This document shows, piece by piece, positions 38,657 through 48,614 of a DNA stretch of 64,000 nucleotides. Both the position numbers and the translations under genes were made by a program. Numbering within the stretch: position 1 is the first letter of the stretch; every line of letters begins with the position of its first letter. The notes beneath the pieces are model-generated. The model did not search any database. It was not told the DNA's origin and saw only the letters and a program-made list of their open reading frames with translations. Source of the stretch: an uncultured Pseudobdellovibrionaceae bacterium. Lineage in GTDB: Bacteria; Bdellovibrionota; Bdellovibrionia; Bdellovibrionales; UBA1609. The stretch spans positions 333,485 through 397,484 of the forward strand of contig CAWDNU010000003.1 in the NCBI GenBank assembly GCA_963803705.1, written 5' to 3'.

Positions 38657-40137
38657 ATTTTATCGCCTTTTAGATCCAGATTGTTTAGATTTAAGATATT
38701 AAGTGAATTGATGTACCACCCCTCGAATTTACCATCTTGTAAATACGAAAAATACATAGGTCCTAAGGGAATATAAGTGTAGTTTTCAAATAAAAGTTTA
38801 ATGGCTATGTCACAAGTTTTTCTGATGGCTTTTGGATCATCTAGGGACTGCATTTTTTTGTAAAGCTTGTCGAAGTCTTCGTTATCGAAATCAGAAACAT
38901 TGTTTGGATCATCAGAGCTAAAATAACTTAACGCTTCTAAGCAAGTAGGTGAATCTAGAGAAATTCCTTTTCTGATAATATCGAATTGTTTAGATCGTAT
39001 TTTCTCAAAAAAAAGCCCTGTTTCCAAAGGCTCGATTCCAACTATTAAACCCAGGTTTTTCTGCCATTCATTAGCTAACCACTCCATACCTCTTTGGATA
39101 TCGTCTCCACCCATCGAAGAAAAGCTTAGTTTTAGTTGATCATGATTACCCTTTTTGAACTTACTTAGATTCAATTTGGCTTTTTTTAGATCGTACTTAT
39201 AACAATATTCGCTGTGGTAAAATCGAGCTGGAATGGAAGGGCATCCTGGCATTCCGATAGATTTATATAAAGCTTTTAGGTCATTGAATTTAATAGAGTG
39301 GAACAAAGATTTTTTTAGATTTCCATCCAACTTTGGGTTAAAAAAAATCCCATCCATTCTAACCATATTTATTTGCATCAATTCTTTTGATTTTTTATAG
39401 TTTTTTAAATCTCGAATAGGTAAAAAAGTAAGCAAGTTGAGACTGTTTGATTTATAAAGCCGAAGTGCTGTTGCCTGATCTTCTATAAAGTTTACTTTGA
39501 CCTTCAAATATTTCTTTTTTTTGTGTTTGAGCAAGATATATTGATTTTTTTTGTAGTTATCCAGAATGTAGTTAGTTGAAGAAATGACTTCATCTGCATC
39601 TTTATAAAATTTCTCTTCTTTTCTTGGTGATATTTCTACAAGAGCAAGTTTATTCGTAAAACTTGCTAGCTTATTTGGAAATTTAAACTCTAAGTTTAAC
39701 TTATCGATGGCTCTATATTTTAAATTTTTAAAATTTAAAGTACTTTTTGATTGATTTTTTTTAAGAAGATTCAAACTGTTTACGTAATGTTTTGCTTGAA
39801 TCATAGTGCCATCTTGAAAGTAAAGCCGCTTCAGATTGCAAATCAATTTATTTTCAATCCAATCACAAGACTTAGCGCCGTAAGGTACTAACTGGTTCTT
39901 AGAATTCCATACAAAAAGAGTAAGGTAGAGGTGGTTTAACAAATATCTAGAATTTATCCCTTGTTGTAAAAGAGGATCAAAGGTTTGAGGAACATAGGGG
40001 ATGTTATAACTAAAAGTTTGTATTTGAAGTCGTATCGGATCATGTGATTGATTGAACTTCTTAAAGCACCCAAAGATAGATAGCAAAAATATAAAAGTTA
40101 AGATCAGCTTTAAGCAGCAGTTTAAAAAATAAGACAT
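38653..40137 (-). CDS. OppA-like ABC peptide-binding lipoprotein (orphan)
   Basis: IFGC lipobox, PQTFDP, FQDGT.IQA, W.KNLG..V, YIPL; no permease nearby. Confidence 0.75.
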   Translation of the reverse strand: MSYFLNCCLKLILTFIFLLSIFGCFKKFNQSHDPIRLQIQTFSYNIPYVPQTFDPLLQQGINSRYLLNHLYLTLFVWNSKNQLVPYGAKSCDWIENKLICNLKRLYFQDGTMIQAKHYVNSLNLLKKNQSKSTLNFKNLKYRAIDKLNLEFKFPNKLASFTNKLALVEISPRKEEKFYKDADEVISSTNYILDNYKKNQYILLKHKKKKYLKVKVNFIEDQATALRLYKSNSLNLLTFLPIRDLKNYKKSKELMQINMVRMDGIFFNPKLDGNLKKSLFHSIKFNDLKALYKSIGMPGCPSIPARFYHSEYCYKYDLKKAKLNLSKFKKGNHDQLKLSFSSMGGDDIQRGMEWLANEWQKNLGLIVGIEPLETGLFFEKIRSKQFDIIRKGISLDSPTCLEALSYFSSDDPNNVSDFDNEDFDKLYKKMQSLDDPKAIRKTCDIAIKLLFENYTYIPLGPMYFSYLQDGKFEGWYINSLNILNLNNLDLKGDKI

Positions 40138-40263
40138 CTAACCTTTCTCATTCAGATTTCTAGCAGGATCAAATACATTAGAATTTAATGTTTATGTTTA
40201 TGTTTATGTTAGATGTTTAAGATAGTTTAAAGCTATTTAACAGTAAAAATTTTAGATTTTAAT

Positions 40264-40785
40264 TTAAAAAACTGTCAATAAAAGCAGATCTACTTCTTTT
40301 CTTGCAGCAAGGGTATTTCGATCTTCGGTGCCAGTAAGGTTTCTGCCGATGATTTCCACGCTTAAGCGTTTTGCAGTGCTAACGTCGCCAGCGGCCAAGC
40401 CGACTTGGAACTTGAACCTTCCTCGTTTACATATGTTCACAATACGAGTGACAGGAATTAGATCAACAAGTGAGTTAACATCATAAACTCTGTATTCTAT
40501 AATATTTTCGGGATAGTCAGCTTCGTTGCATAAACCAGATATATCAAAAATACATATGGAACCGGTTCCGGCGCAGTTATCTGAAGACTTCACTAGAGCA
40601 GGGTTGGAGTTAGAGATACTTAAAGCTAACAGATTCGCACCAGTTGGTTCTACACAGTTCGCTCTTGCATCGATACAAGGGTCAATATCGGTGGATAGAT
40701 CAAAGCCTTGATCCAATACCTCGCATCCAGCAACTAGTATTGGTAAAGCCAAGCCGACAAGAAATTTCCGCAATATTCTATTCAC
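40264..40785 (-). CDS. Lipoprotein of unknown function
   Basis: VAGC lipobox; FDISGLCNE..YP.N.I, C.RGRF motif. Confidence 0.7.
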   Translation of the reverse strand: MNRILRKFLVGLALPILVAGCEVLDQGFDLSTDIDPCIDARANCVEPTGANLLALSISNSNPALVKSSDNCAGTGSICIFDISGLCNEADYPENIIEYRVYDVNSLVDLIPVTRIVNICKRGRFKFQVGLAAGDVSTAKRLSVEIIGRNLTGTEDRNTLAARKEVDLLLLTVF

Positions 40786-40791
40786 TTGTTA

Positions 40792-40799
40792 GTATCGGC
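40792..40799 (-). promoter_or_regulatory. sigma28-type -10 element
   Basis: GCCGATAC 6 nt upstream of GTG 40785; weak -35. Confidence 0.45.
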
Positions 40800-41028
40800 A
40801 TTTCGGATTGAAAAGATCAATTTTCATGAAACATAATATAAAAATCCTTCGCTTTAAAATAAATAGCAATTTTCTTAAATCAGCTAAATCAATTTAAATA
40901 CAATTACACAGTTTTTTCATTTCTAAACTAGATGAAAGAAAGTTTTACGTAAAATCAAAATTAGGTGATTTTAAAAAAACGAAGTATCCTGAAGGTGACT
41001 TTCTTAAGTCAGAAAGGAGGTGATGCCA

Positions 41029-41082
41029 ATGAACAATGATATATGTGACAAGACATTGGCTAGCGGAGGTTCAAACCTGTAA
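41029..41082 (+). CDS. Putative 17-aa micropeptide MNNDICDKTLASGGSNL within a structured RNA
   Basis: Extended SD AAGGAGGTGA, ATG 7 nt after AGGAGGT, followed by hairpin and terminator. Confidence 0.4.
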   Translation: MNNDICDKTLASGGSNL

Positions 41083-41119
41083 TTTAGGTTTGTAAACGCT
41101 AGCCATAGAAAAAGTCTTT

Positions 41120-41154
41120 GGGCCCTACGTCAAGAGCGTAGGGCCTATTATTTT
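41120..41154 (+). terminator. Intrinsic terminator
   Basis: ggccctacg-tcaagag-cgtagggcc then tattatttt. Confidence 0.7.
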
Positions 41155-41328
41155 AATGGTCGCAAATCTGCTCAAGAATAAATGTTAAATTTATGCATGC
41201 TGCATTATGTCGGCAGATTGCCAACTATATTGGCTTTCAAGATGACCTAAGGTCTAGTTATTTAATAATATGCCTATTTTTAAAGAAGGCCTTGCAATTA
41301 TTACATGCTCACCATTAAATAATAAGTG

Positions 41329-41387
41329 GGGGGGCGATGTTTGACCAGTAGGACGTTTGAAGCATGGATGCTTCACATCGCCTTTTT
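41329..41387 (+). ncRNA. Structured element with GGA-loop hairpin (possible sRNA)
   Basis: Closing stem ggcgatgt/acatcgcc then TTTTT; inner gaagca-tgga-tgcttc; extra AGGACG. Confidence 0.35.
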
Positions 41388-41489
41388 CTCTACTAAAGTT
41401 ACGGTTTGATCAAATCCCATGTGATCACCACTTTTAAATGTCTTTCCCAGGGTAAATTGACCTAATTAGTATCAGACGATTCTGCTAGC

Positions 41490-41517
41490 CTATCGGCGTC
41501 ATAGTCTAATTTTTTTA
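41490..41517 (-). promoter_or_regulatory. sigma28-type promoter facing a region with no long ORF
   Basis: Minus strand TAAA-N16-GCCGATAG. Confidence 0.5.
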
Positions 41518-41708
41518 GGTCAGAACAAGAAAATCATGAGCTCTGCTTAAAATGCTTTTACCCGCTTGGTAAGTACATCCAGCACTAGAATGTCATAACT
41601 GAAAAATCTTTAAACAGTTAAGAAGTTATATTTACAGCCTTAGGTCGATGTTTGGCCTTGTAATCGATTTAAATACGATCTCAGTGAAAACTCACACTAT
41701 TTAATTTA

Positions 41709-41724
41709 TGGCACAACTTATGCT
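41709..41724 (+). promoter_or_regulatory. sigma54 promoter
   Basis: TGGCACAACTTATGCT (GG-N10-GC). Confidence 0.7.
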
Positions 41725-41861
41725 TTTAATTCTCTGAACTGATCTATTAAACTGCAGGTTAGGTAGTGAATTTTTGAATAATATTCACAGTGCCAACATT
41801 CAGGTTTGAAAATCAAGATTTAAAAACTATAAATTAAAATAAATAAACAGGAGAATATATT

Positions 41862-42416
41862 ATGAAATTATCGTTAACGGTTTTGGCTTTTATGTTTGCA
41901 GCTTCAAATGCCTTTGCCAATGGTGCAGTGACTTCATTAAGTGCTCGAGTAGCAACAGCTGCAAAGACTGCAAAAATTGGTAAAGTTTCTAAAGGCACTA
42001 CGACTATAACAAAAAATATAAATTCCGCTGCTGCACTAGCTGCTAAACCTGAAGTGATTCGTCAAGCAGAAGAAGTGGTTGAGCAAATTGAACAAGCTGC
42101 CAAGGACAACGATGGTATTAATGGAATTTCAAAATCCGACAGATTCGAAGCACTTCAAATGGTGTATGTTATTCTAATCAATAATAATGGTCGAAATAAG
42201 GACCTTGAAAAAATTTCTACAGGTCAACTTTATTCGCGATTGGTTGCGCCTTCTTCTGAAGAGTTAGGGGCACAACAGTTTGCTAAATTTATCAATTTTT
42301 CTAAGCTTGTGTCTAATGGAACAGATCCTGAAGCTGCTTCTAGACAAGCTACAGGCGGCAGTCTAGCAGAGTTTGCAAATAATTGTGGAGCCGTTGCTGC
42401 TTCATCTAGAAGATAG
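41862..42416 (+). CDS. Secreted helical protein of unknown function
   Basis: Sec signal ..ASNAFA; SD CAGGAG; own promoter and terminator. Confidence 0.8.
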   Translation: MKLSLTVLAFMFAASNAFANGAVTSLSARVATAAKTAKIGKVSKGTTTITKNINSAAALAAKPEVIRQAEEVVEQIEQAAKDNDGINGISKSDRFEALQMVYVILINNNGRNKDLEKISTGQLYSRLVAPSSEELGAQQFAKFINFSKLVSNGTDPEAASRQATGGSLAEFANNCGAVAASSRR

Positions 42417-42447
42417 AATAAGATTAAGTTTAGTTTATTACTGAAAC

Positions 42448-42487
42448 AAAAAAAAACCTAAGACTTTTTGATCTTAGGTTTTTTTTA
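42448..42487 (+). terminator. Bidirectional intrinsic terminator
   Basis: A-tract, aacctaaga/tcttaggtt stem, T-tract. Confidence 0.85.
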
Positions 42488-42665
42488 TTTGGATGTTCTC
42501 TTGGCGGGAAGCCTTGAAGGCTTGTCTGAAAAAAAATCTAGAACAATTAACCAGCTGTAAAAAGTTTGGACAATCTATTAGAGTGCAAAAATGTTTTAAG
42601 GCACAGAATGCAGCTTTAACCCCTTGTAATGATTTAGCTTTTTACAGGAGACCAATTTAGATATT

Positions 42666-42681
42666 TGGTGTGTATATTGCA
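42666..42681 (+). promoter_or_regulatory. sigma54 promoter
   Basis: TGGTGTGTATATTGCA (GG-N10-GC). Confidence 0.55.
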
Positions 42682-42736
42682 TTTACACTTCTGAAGCGAC
42701 TTTTATAAATGCTTTGCTTATTGGAGGGTTCAAGCG

Positions 42737-45700
42737 GTGAAATTTATCATTAAAATATTGCTTTCTTACTCTTTGATATTAAGCCCAATGATACCACACT
42801 TTAGCTTTGCTGATGATGGTTTTAGCCGTCAAGATATGGCAAAAATGTTGATGTCACCAGTAGATATCTTTAATGAAAGTTATAAAAAGAATACTTTGTA
42901 TATCAACGGTGAAGCTACAACCGGGCCAAGAGTTGTAAATGAGTATCGTCTTTTAGGCGAACCCACCAATGCAAAAGATTTGAGCAAAGCATTAAGAGCC
43001 ACCAATTTTTTATTTGAATTTTCTGGTGAACAGTTAAAATCTCATCCAGAGTTTCAAAAGTTGATTGAGACTTCTGACGGTCAAAAGAAATTAGAAAGAT
43101 TGTTCAGGATGGCCCAAGATAGTCTAAAGGTTGTAACCGGTAACCCAGCAGTCACTTATCAAGATGTTTACACCGAAACTTTAAAGCAAGTTAATCAAGA
43201 TCGAAATTTTAGGATTGACGAAAATAATTCAGTAACTCGCAAACAACAGACTGAAAAAAGAGACGCGGAAGTCATAAGACGAATGCAAAGCCTTGACAGC
43301 TTTGCTAATCGATACATGGAAGTGGTGGGTAGGGTCTCGCAACTTTCACAATTTAGTTACGACAACAGCACACCTGACAAAGATATCAGACGAAATCTTG
43401 AGGTCTTAAGGCGAATGCATGATGATTTCACACCTGATGAAAGAAAAAGGGCTCAGGAGCGCTTTAAAGAAGCGCAAAGAAAAATGTCAGATCATGACTT
43501 CAGAAAAAATTATGACCTTCGAAACGGATTGTCCACCGTCAGAGTTCCAACCTGGAAGGCAAATTTTAGTCTAAAAAATCTTTATCAGAATTTGAAAGGA
43601 AGGATAGTATTACCAGTCGAAAGCCCGTTTGGAACTAAAGAGTATTCTCACTGGCCGGCTTCAGCTGCAGGCTTAGAGCCTGTTAAAGGTAGTAACTTCA
43701 TGGACAAGTTAAAGTCCGGGACAATTCAGACCTCTCACATCGGCTTAGCATTGATGGTTGTTATCTTTGCTTCATCCGAGATCGCCATGATTAATAGTTA
43801 TGAAAGTAATCCTAGACATTTTGAAGAGACACTAGAACAAACAATGTCTTGGGCTATGCCAGCTTCCATTGGTTCGTTTTTCGTTGGTGGTTGGGCTACA
43901 GATAAGAGTGCATCATTAGCAGCAGATGGTTTAAGAAGATTAAATGTAGCCAAACGTGCAAAGGCAAATTTAGTATCTTATGTAGAAAATAAAAAGATGT
44001 TCGTTAACGACCCCGAGTTAGGCTCAAAGTTTGTTAAAGGAAATATGCAGACCATTAAAGCTTCAAGCTTTTTGGAGCGGGCAACAACATATAAGGGCTT
44101 AACTGGTGGTTTTCTAATCTCTCAATTTGTATATCGATACGTGAATCGGTTAGAGAGCTGTAGAAAAGTTCTAGGAGGTTTGGAAAGCGGCGAATACACA
44201 GCCTTTGAAAGAAATCGGCTTAGACAGGCTTGTGACCAAACTGTTGGTCAAATGATAAAAGAAATAGCTGAAAGCCCAGACACCTGGATGCAGCTAACAG
44301 CACTTCTGTCCACCAAAGCCCTTCTGACTTTCGGAATGAATACTGCACAGATTTTAAAGTATGGCGTGGCCTCTAGCCCAACTTCTGCAAGAGCGCTGCA
44401 AGGAGCTTCGAAGTTTGTACCTTACCAGGTAAAGATTGTATCCAGAGGATTTTTTGCAAATCCCTGGGTTTCAACCATAGTTGGATTTGCCATATTTAGT
44501 GTGGTCTTTTGGGCGGCACTAGAAGCCATCGAGTGGGGCGCAGGGCGGATGACTTTACAAATGCCAGCGACCCAAGCGTCTAAGAATATAAGAGAACTTT
44601 TTAGGCTTTACGAATCTAGAGGCTGGGATATGCAAAAGCTTTGTGATGATCGAAATCTACTTCAAGGCGGTTTGTTAGATCACTTAAAGCCTTTAATGTT
44701 CTGGAAAGACACAATAAAGTGTGGGGATGAATTAGTGCTAGCCTTTTTAAAACAGCATCAAGATGCTAATAAGGCTTGGAGAAGTAGTATTTCTGACCCT
44801 TTTTATGAATCAATCACCAGCTGGTTAGAATTTACATTTAGAGCTACCAACATGCATAAATCAGCTTACATGTTTTACAAGGACATTGCTGAACAGATAA
44901 AAGTTCAAAGAAACAGTGGACAGAAAATAGCTTTTATAAAAACAAAAAACAATAGGACCCACGCCTACGAATCTTTGGGATACAGAAACACAAATTTATA
45001 CAATCACCCTTTACCATTATTTAGATCCGAGCCCTATTTTGGCTGGGATTATAAGTTACGAAATGACGAAACCACACAGATTGACTATCCAACCTACGAT
45101 GGACAGACGGTAACGTGGTCAGAGCGGTACGCTAATCGCACCGGAGTTGATGATTTAACCCGAAGAAAAAATCATTTTAAAAACGAAGTTTTACCTGTGG
45201 CTGTTCGAAGGCTCGAATCTAGATTGAGAACTTTAGATACCTCAACTGAATACGGCCAAAACCAGAAAAAAGAAACAGAAAGTATTCTGAAATATCTTAC
45301 TTTTGAAACAGACAATGGACGAGGAAACTTGGCTTTTATCGCTAAAGGACTCTACCGAATTGCAATGCAAGTAGAAAGTCAGAGTAATTTTTTTAGATGC
45401 GAAAAAGATGGGGACTGTTTCTGGACTGAATTTCAAAAAAACTTTTTAGATCAAAGCTTGTGGAAAACCAATGATACATTTACCGCTTTGATATTACCTT
45501 CACTTATTGAAGTGTTGCAAAATTATAAGATTGGATTAGAGGCTACGCAAATTGGAATTAGCGGGGGTTTAAACGTTTCGAACCAACTTATTTCGAACAT
45601 TGCTCGTAAAGAAATTGCTGACGTCGAAGAGATTATAGGATTATTGAATAGTAAAAATAGAAGACAAGATATTGACCCTCAAAGCGTTAATTTAGGAATC

Positions 45701-47371
45701 GAGTTTATTCATAAAAAAATAAAAGAGGTGCCAAGAAATTATAACTGTGACCCTAATGCAGTGGCTAAAACAGTAGTGATTGAACCTGCTGATAAAATAT
45801 GTCCAGAAGACGATCAAAAGACCTTTCCTGAAAGTCTTTTTACAAATGCTGGATACTCAGTTAGCAAAAACTTGTGTTTTTGGAAAGCCATAAAAAATAA
45901 TTTGGTGGATCAAGGCCACTTAAATATGAAAGATCTGGGTCATACCCAATTTTTAAACAATCAAGAGTACTGGGCCGGTTACAAAACCACCGAGAACAAA
46001 CCCTTCGGTGTAAAACCAATTGGTCCTGGCCAAGGTTACTTTTTAAGATATTTTGATAAATTTAAAAACAACGGAGTCGACCCTTATTACTACGATCCAG
46101 CTTATGCCAGCATGACAGATTATTTACTTAAAGAAATGATATGTGGAGTTGATGTGGTAAGAGGCGAGCAGATGCTTCAAAAAACCTGGGCCGACAAACT
46201 AGTTTCTTGGATTCCGGGGGGATTCTTTGAATCGGCGCCAGACTTTATTAACAAACAAGTGTCTGCCGAGTTCAAAGCGCCACGTATTGCTTTAAATGAA
46301 AATAGTATGAATCCCTGCTTTGGAGACGAAACACACAATAGATGGCGTGCAATGGGGCCATCGGGAACATCTGCTTTTTATAACTATATTGAAGACGTCA
46401 GTGATCCTAAGTTTAGTTACGGAGGAATCGTAGAATTTTTATATAAAGAAGCAGACGATTCCTTTGTTCAAGACTTTGACGGGTGGTGGAATAAATACGT
46501 CGCCCCCCAATTTTCAATAGTGATAGATAAGCTTTACCACGATAGTTTCAATAACGACCTACTGGTGAAAAAACTTACTGAAATAGTTTCAACAGACAAT
46601 ACAAATTCAAACTGTGAAGAATTTTGTTTAGATTTTTCGTTTGAGCATAAAAATGGGGTTGCAGCTGCTGTAAAGCAAGAAATGGACACGTATTTTACGT
46701 ATTTTTTTACTCCATTGTTAAAAGGTATACCCGTAGATCTAGAAAATTCTGAGCTAACTGATCCCAAAGAAGCCAGGTATAAACTACAAACAGATTTTGC
46801 AAATATAAGATCAGAAATTTATGATATTTTTTATTACACATCTGGCCGGCAGTCTAAATTAAAATCTCCTGAGCTAGCAGCCCAGTACGCCGACACCTTT
46901 AAAGATATTCAAGCCGAGCTGACAGTTCAGAACCCTGAACTTGATCCAAACTATGACCTTATTAAGGTGAAAGCTTTAAGGGCACTGCTTGCGCAAAAGG
47001 ATTATGAGCTTCGAATTCTTACTCGCACCGATGATATGCCGTACTTAAATAGAATTTATGGCACATCGATCGCCTTGCTAAATGAAATGTTGCATTTAAC
47101 TGAATCAGAAAAAGCAGCGGTCAAATTTAATATAGACGAAAACTTTAAAACACTAACGGCTGAATTCGACAGCCGTGAAAATAGGGAAGGCAAAGTGATT
47201 TTAAAATATCAAGACTGGCCAGCAGATCAACCTGGCTCTTGCGAAGCTGACCAAGATAAACCAAGCCCAACCTTTGCAATGGCATCATCACTTCAGCAAC
47301 TAATGTTTGAAAGCATGGATGAGCTGTTAGAACTGCAAGCCCAAAAAGGTCTGGCTAAGATAACGCCTTAA
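42737..47371 (+). CDS. 1544-aa secreted protein with internal hydrophobic segments, unknown function
   Basis: SD GGAGG, signal peptide ..HFSFA; Gly/Ala-rich hydrophobic stretches at about residues 335-600. Confidence 0.8.
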   Translation: MKFIIKILLSYSLILSPMIPHFSFADDGFSRQDMAKMLMSPVDIFNESYKKNTLYINGEATTGPRVVNEYRLLGEPTNAKDLSKALRATNFLFEFSGEQLKSHPEFQKLIETSDGQKKLERLFRMAQDSLKVVTGNPAVTYQDVYTETLKQVNQDRNFRIDENNSVTRKQQTEKRDAEVIRRMQSLDSFANRYMEVVGRVSQLSQFSYDNSTPDKDIRRNLEVLRRMHDDFTPDERKRAQERFKEAQRKMSDHDFRKNYDLRNGLSTVRVPTWKANFSLKNLYQNLKGRIVLPVESPFGTKEYSHWPASAAGLEPVKGSNFMDKLKSGTIQTSHIGLALMVVIFASSEIAMINSYESNPRHFEETLEQTMSWAMPASIGSFFVGGWATDKSASLAADGLRRLNVAKRAKANLVSYVENKKMFVNDPELGSKFVKGNMQTIKASSFLERATTYKGLTGGFLISQFVYRYVNRLESCRKVLGGLESGEYTAFERNRLRQACDQTVGQMIKEIAESPDTWMQLTALLSTKALLTFGMNTAQILKYGVASSPTSARALQGASKFVPYQVKIVSRGFFANPWVSTIVGFAIFSVVFWAALEAIEWGAGRMTLQMPATQASKNIRELFRLYESRGWDMQKLCDDRNLLQGGLLDHLKPLMFWKDTIKCGDELVLAFLKQHQDANKAWRSSISDPFYESITSWLEFTFRATNMHKSAYMFYKDIAEQIKVQRNSGQKIAFIKTKNNRTHAYESLGYRNTNLYNHPLPLFRSEPYFGWDYKLRNDETTQIDYPTYDGQTVTWSERYANRTGVDDLTRRKNHFKNEVLPVAVRRLESRLRTLDTSTEYGQNQKKETESILKYLTFETDNGRGNLAFIAKGLYRIAMQVESQSNFFRCEKDGDCFWTEFQKNFLDQSLWKTNDTFTALILPSLIEVLQNYKIGLEATQIGISGGLNVSNQLISNIARKEIADVEEIIGLLNSKNRRQDIDPQSVNLGIEFIHKKIKEVPRNYNCDPNAVAKTVVIEPADKICPEDDQKTFPESLFTNAGYSVSKNLCFWKAIKNNLVDQGHLNMKDLGHTQFLNNQEYWAGYKTTENKPFGVKPIGPGQGYFLRYFDKFKNNGVDPYYYDPAYASMTDYLLKEMICGVDVVRGEQMLQKTWADKLVSWIPGGFFESAPDFINKQVSAEFKAPRIALNENSMNPCFGDETHNRWRAMGPSGTSAFYNYIEDVSDPKFSYGGIVEFLYKEADDSFVQDFDGWWNKYVAPQFSIVIDKLYHDSFNNDLLVKKLTEIVSTDNTNSNCEEFCLDFSFEHKNGVAAAVKQEMDTYFTYFFTPLLKGIPVDLENSELTDPKEARYKLQTDFANIRSEIYDIFYYTSGRQSKLKSPELAAQYADTFKDIQAELTVQNPELDPNYDLIKVKALRALLAQKDYELRILTRTDDMPYLNRIYGTSIALLNEMLHLTESEKAAVKFNIDENFKTLTAEFDSRENREGKVILKYQDWPADQPGSCEADQDKPSPTFAMASSLQQLMFESMDELLELQAQKGLAKITP

Positions 47372-47424
47372 TTTCTACAAGTGACAATTTTCGCCTGTGT
47401 CATTGAAAATATGACAGGCTGAGA

Positions 47425-47440
47425 TGGCACAATACTTGAT
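47425..47440 (+). promoter_or_regulatory. sigma54 promoter (TTGAT variant)
   Basis: TGGCACAATACTTGAT; upstream dyad tgtcat-N7-atgaca. Confidence 0.55.
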
Positions 47441-47462
47441 ACATAGTCCTTGGAGGGTTTGT

Positions 47463-48380
47463 ATGAAAACTTCACAAATTTTAATTTTTGTAATTGGAGT
47501 CACGATGCTTTCAGCATGTGGTAACGACAGCTCGGGATCGGGTGGACAAAATTACACCGGAAGTAAGGCCGATATCAATTTGGCAAAGAACTTGGTTAGA
47601 GATTATTCAGACAGTGGTATTTTCTTTGAAAAAGGCTGGGTTTCTGATGATAAAGTCTTAGATAACATTATCGAGGCAGAAACTTTTGCAGGTTATGCTC
47701 AAGGATACCAGGACGTACCAGATTCTTTTTATGCGATGAGACACGTGGGCTGTATAACAGCTGATGGTAAAGAGCTACTTACTGAGCAAGATAAACATAC
47801 CCAGATGGACGTTGTGATCGGCGAGAGTTCAACAAGAGCCACATACATTCAACAAAACAGGCAAAGTAGATGCTACTTGGGTCAGGCAAATTGGGGTCAT
47901 AACATCAGTATATTCGGGATTCCTATAGACTCAAATCAAAGAAAGAAAGGCATTTTTGGCCTTCCTTCAGATATTTGCCAGGGTTATGAAGTTAGTAAAG
48001 CCTTCATTCGGATTGATAAAAATAGGTACAAAAAAAATAATAATAAAAGACGCGACAATCGAACTAAAAATGATCCTTACTACTACAATGCAAGCTATAG
48101 GGGTGACTCGAACAGATGGCATCCAGACAGGGATCTGTATTATGATGTTCGAAACAATAGGCACTCCACCTACGGAAGCTTCAACACCTCTGGTGAAGCC
48201 GAAGCCGATTCATTTGGTAAAATAGCCTCTGGAGAAGCGGTGTTTGTTTCTAGAACACTTAGATCTTCATCGACTAATCCAAGCTGTGATAAGGATGTAT
48301 ACTGGGGGTTTAAAATTAATCCTCAAAATCCCCCACGGATTCAAATTCTAGGACGTAATCGCAGCTACTCTGACATCTAG
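47463..48380 (+). CDS. Lipoprotein of unknown function; start reassigned to ATG 47463
   Basis: SD GGAGG, lipobox LSAC, Ser/Gly linker. Confidence 0.78.
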   Translation: MKTSQILIFVIGVTMLSACGNDSSGSGGQNYTGSKADINLAKNLVRDYSDSGIFFEKGWVSDDKVLDNIIEAETFAGYAQGYQDVPDSFYAMRHVGCITADGKELLTEQDKHTQMDVVIGESSTRATYIQQNRQSRCYLGQANWGHNISIFGIPIDSNQRKKGIFGLPSDICQGYEVSKAFIRIDKNRYKKNNNKRRDNRTKNDPYYYNASYRGDSNRWHPDRDLYYDVRNNRHSTYGSFNTSGEAEADSFGKIASGEAVFVSRTLRSSSTNPSCDKDVYWGFKINPQNPPRIQILGRNRSYSDI

Positions 48381-48614
48381 CCCAGCTTATAACTAAATTA
48401 AAAATTTGGTTCTAAGCTTGATTGCTGCTCCTATTAACAATTTCAGATATTAACCGAATTGAAACCACTTAGCCCTTTTAGGGCTACAATTTAGTCTAAG
48501 AGTTTAGGCTAAGAATCTAGCCTAAGAATTTTCAAAATGCTTGAAATTATGGTTAAAAATACTATTTAATCTTATCAGCGGCCCGTGATATAAGTTTTAA
48601 AGAGGAATTAATTT

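Noticed and set aside
41011..41028. 16S rRNA 3' end (AAGGAGGTGAT resembles its reverse complement)
   Set aside because: Match stops after about 11 nt; no rRNA sequence follows; better read as an extended SD
41158..41247. Multibranch RNA, c-di-GMP riboswitch or dif site
   Set aside because: Stems (aatctgc/gcagatt, gccaa/ttggc) are short; no recognisable c-di-GMP-I core; AAATGTTAAAT lacks a matching XerC arm
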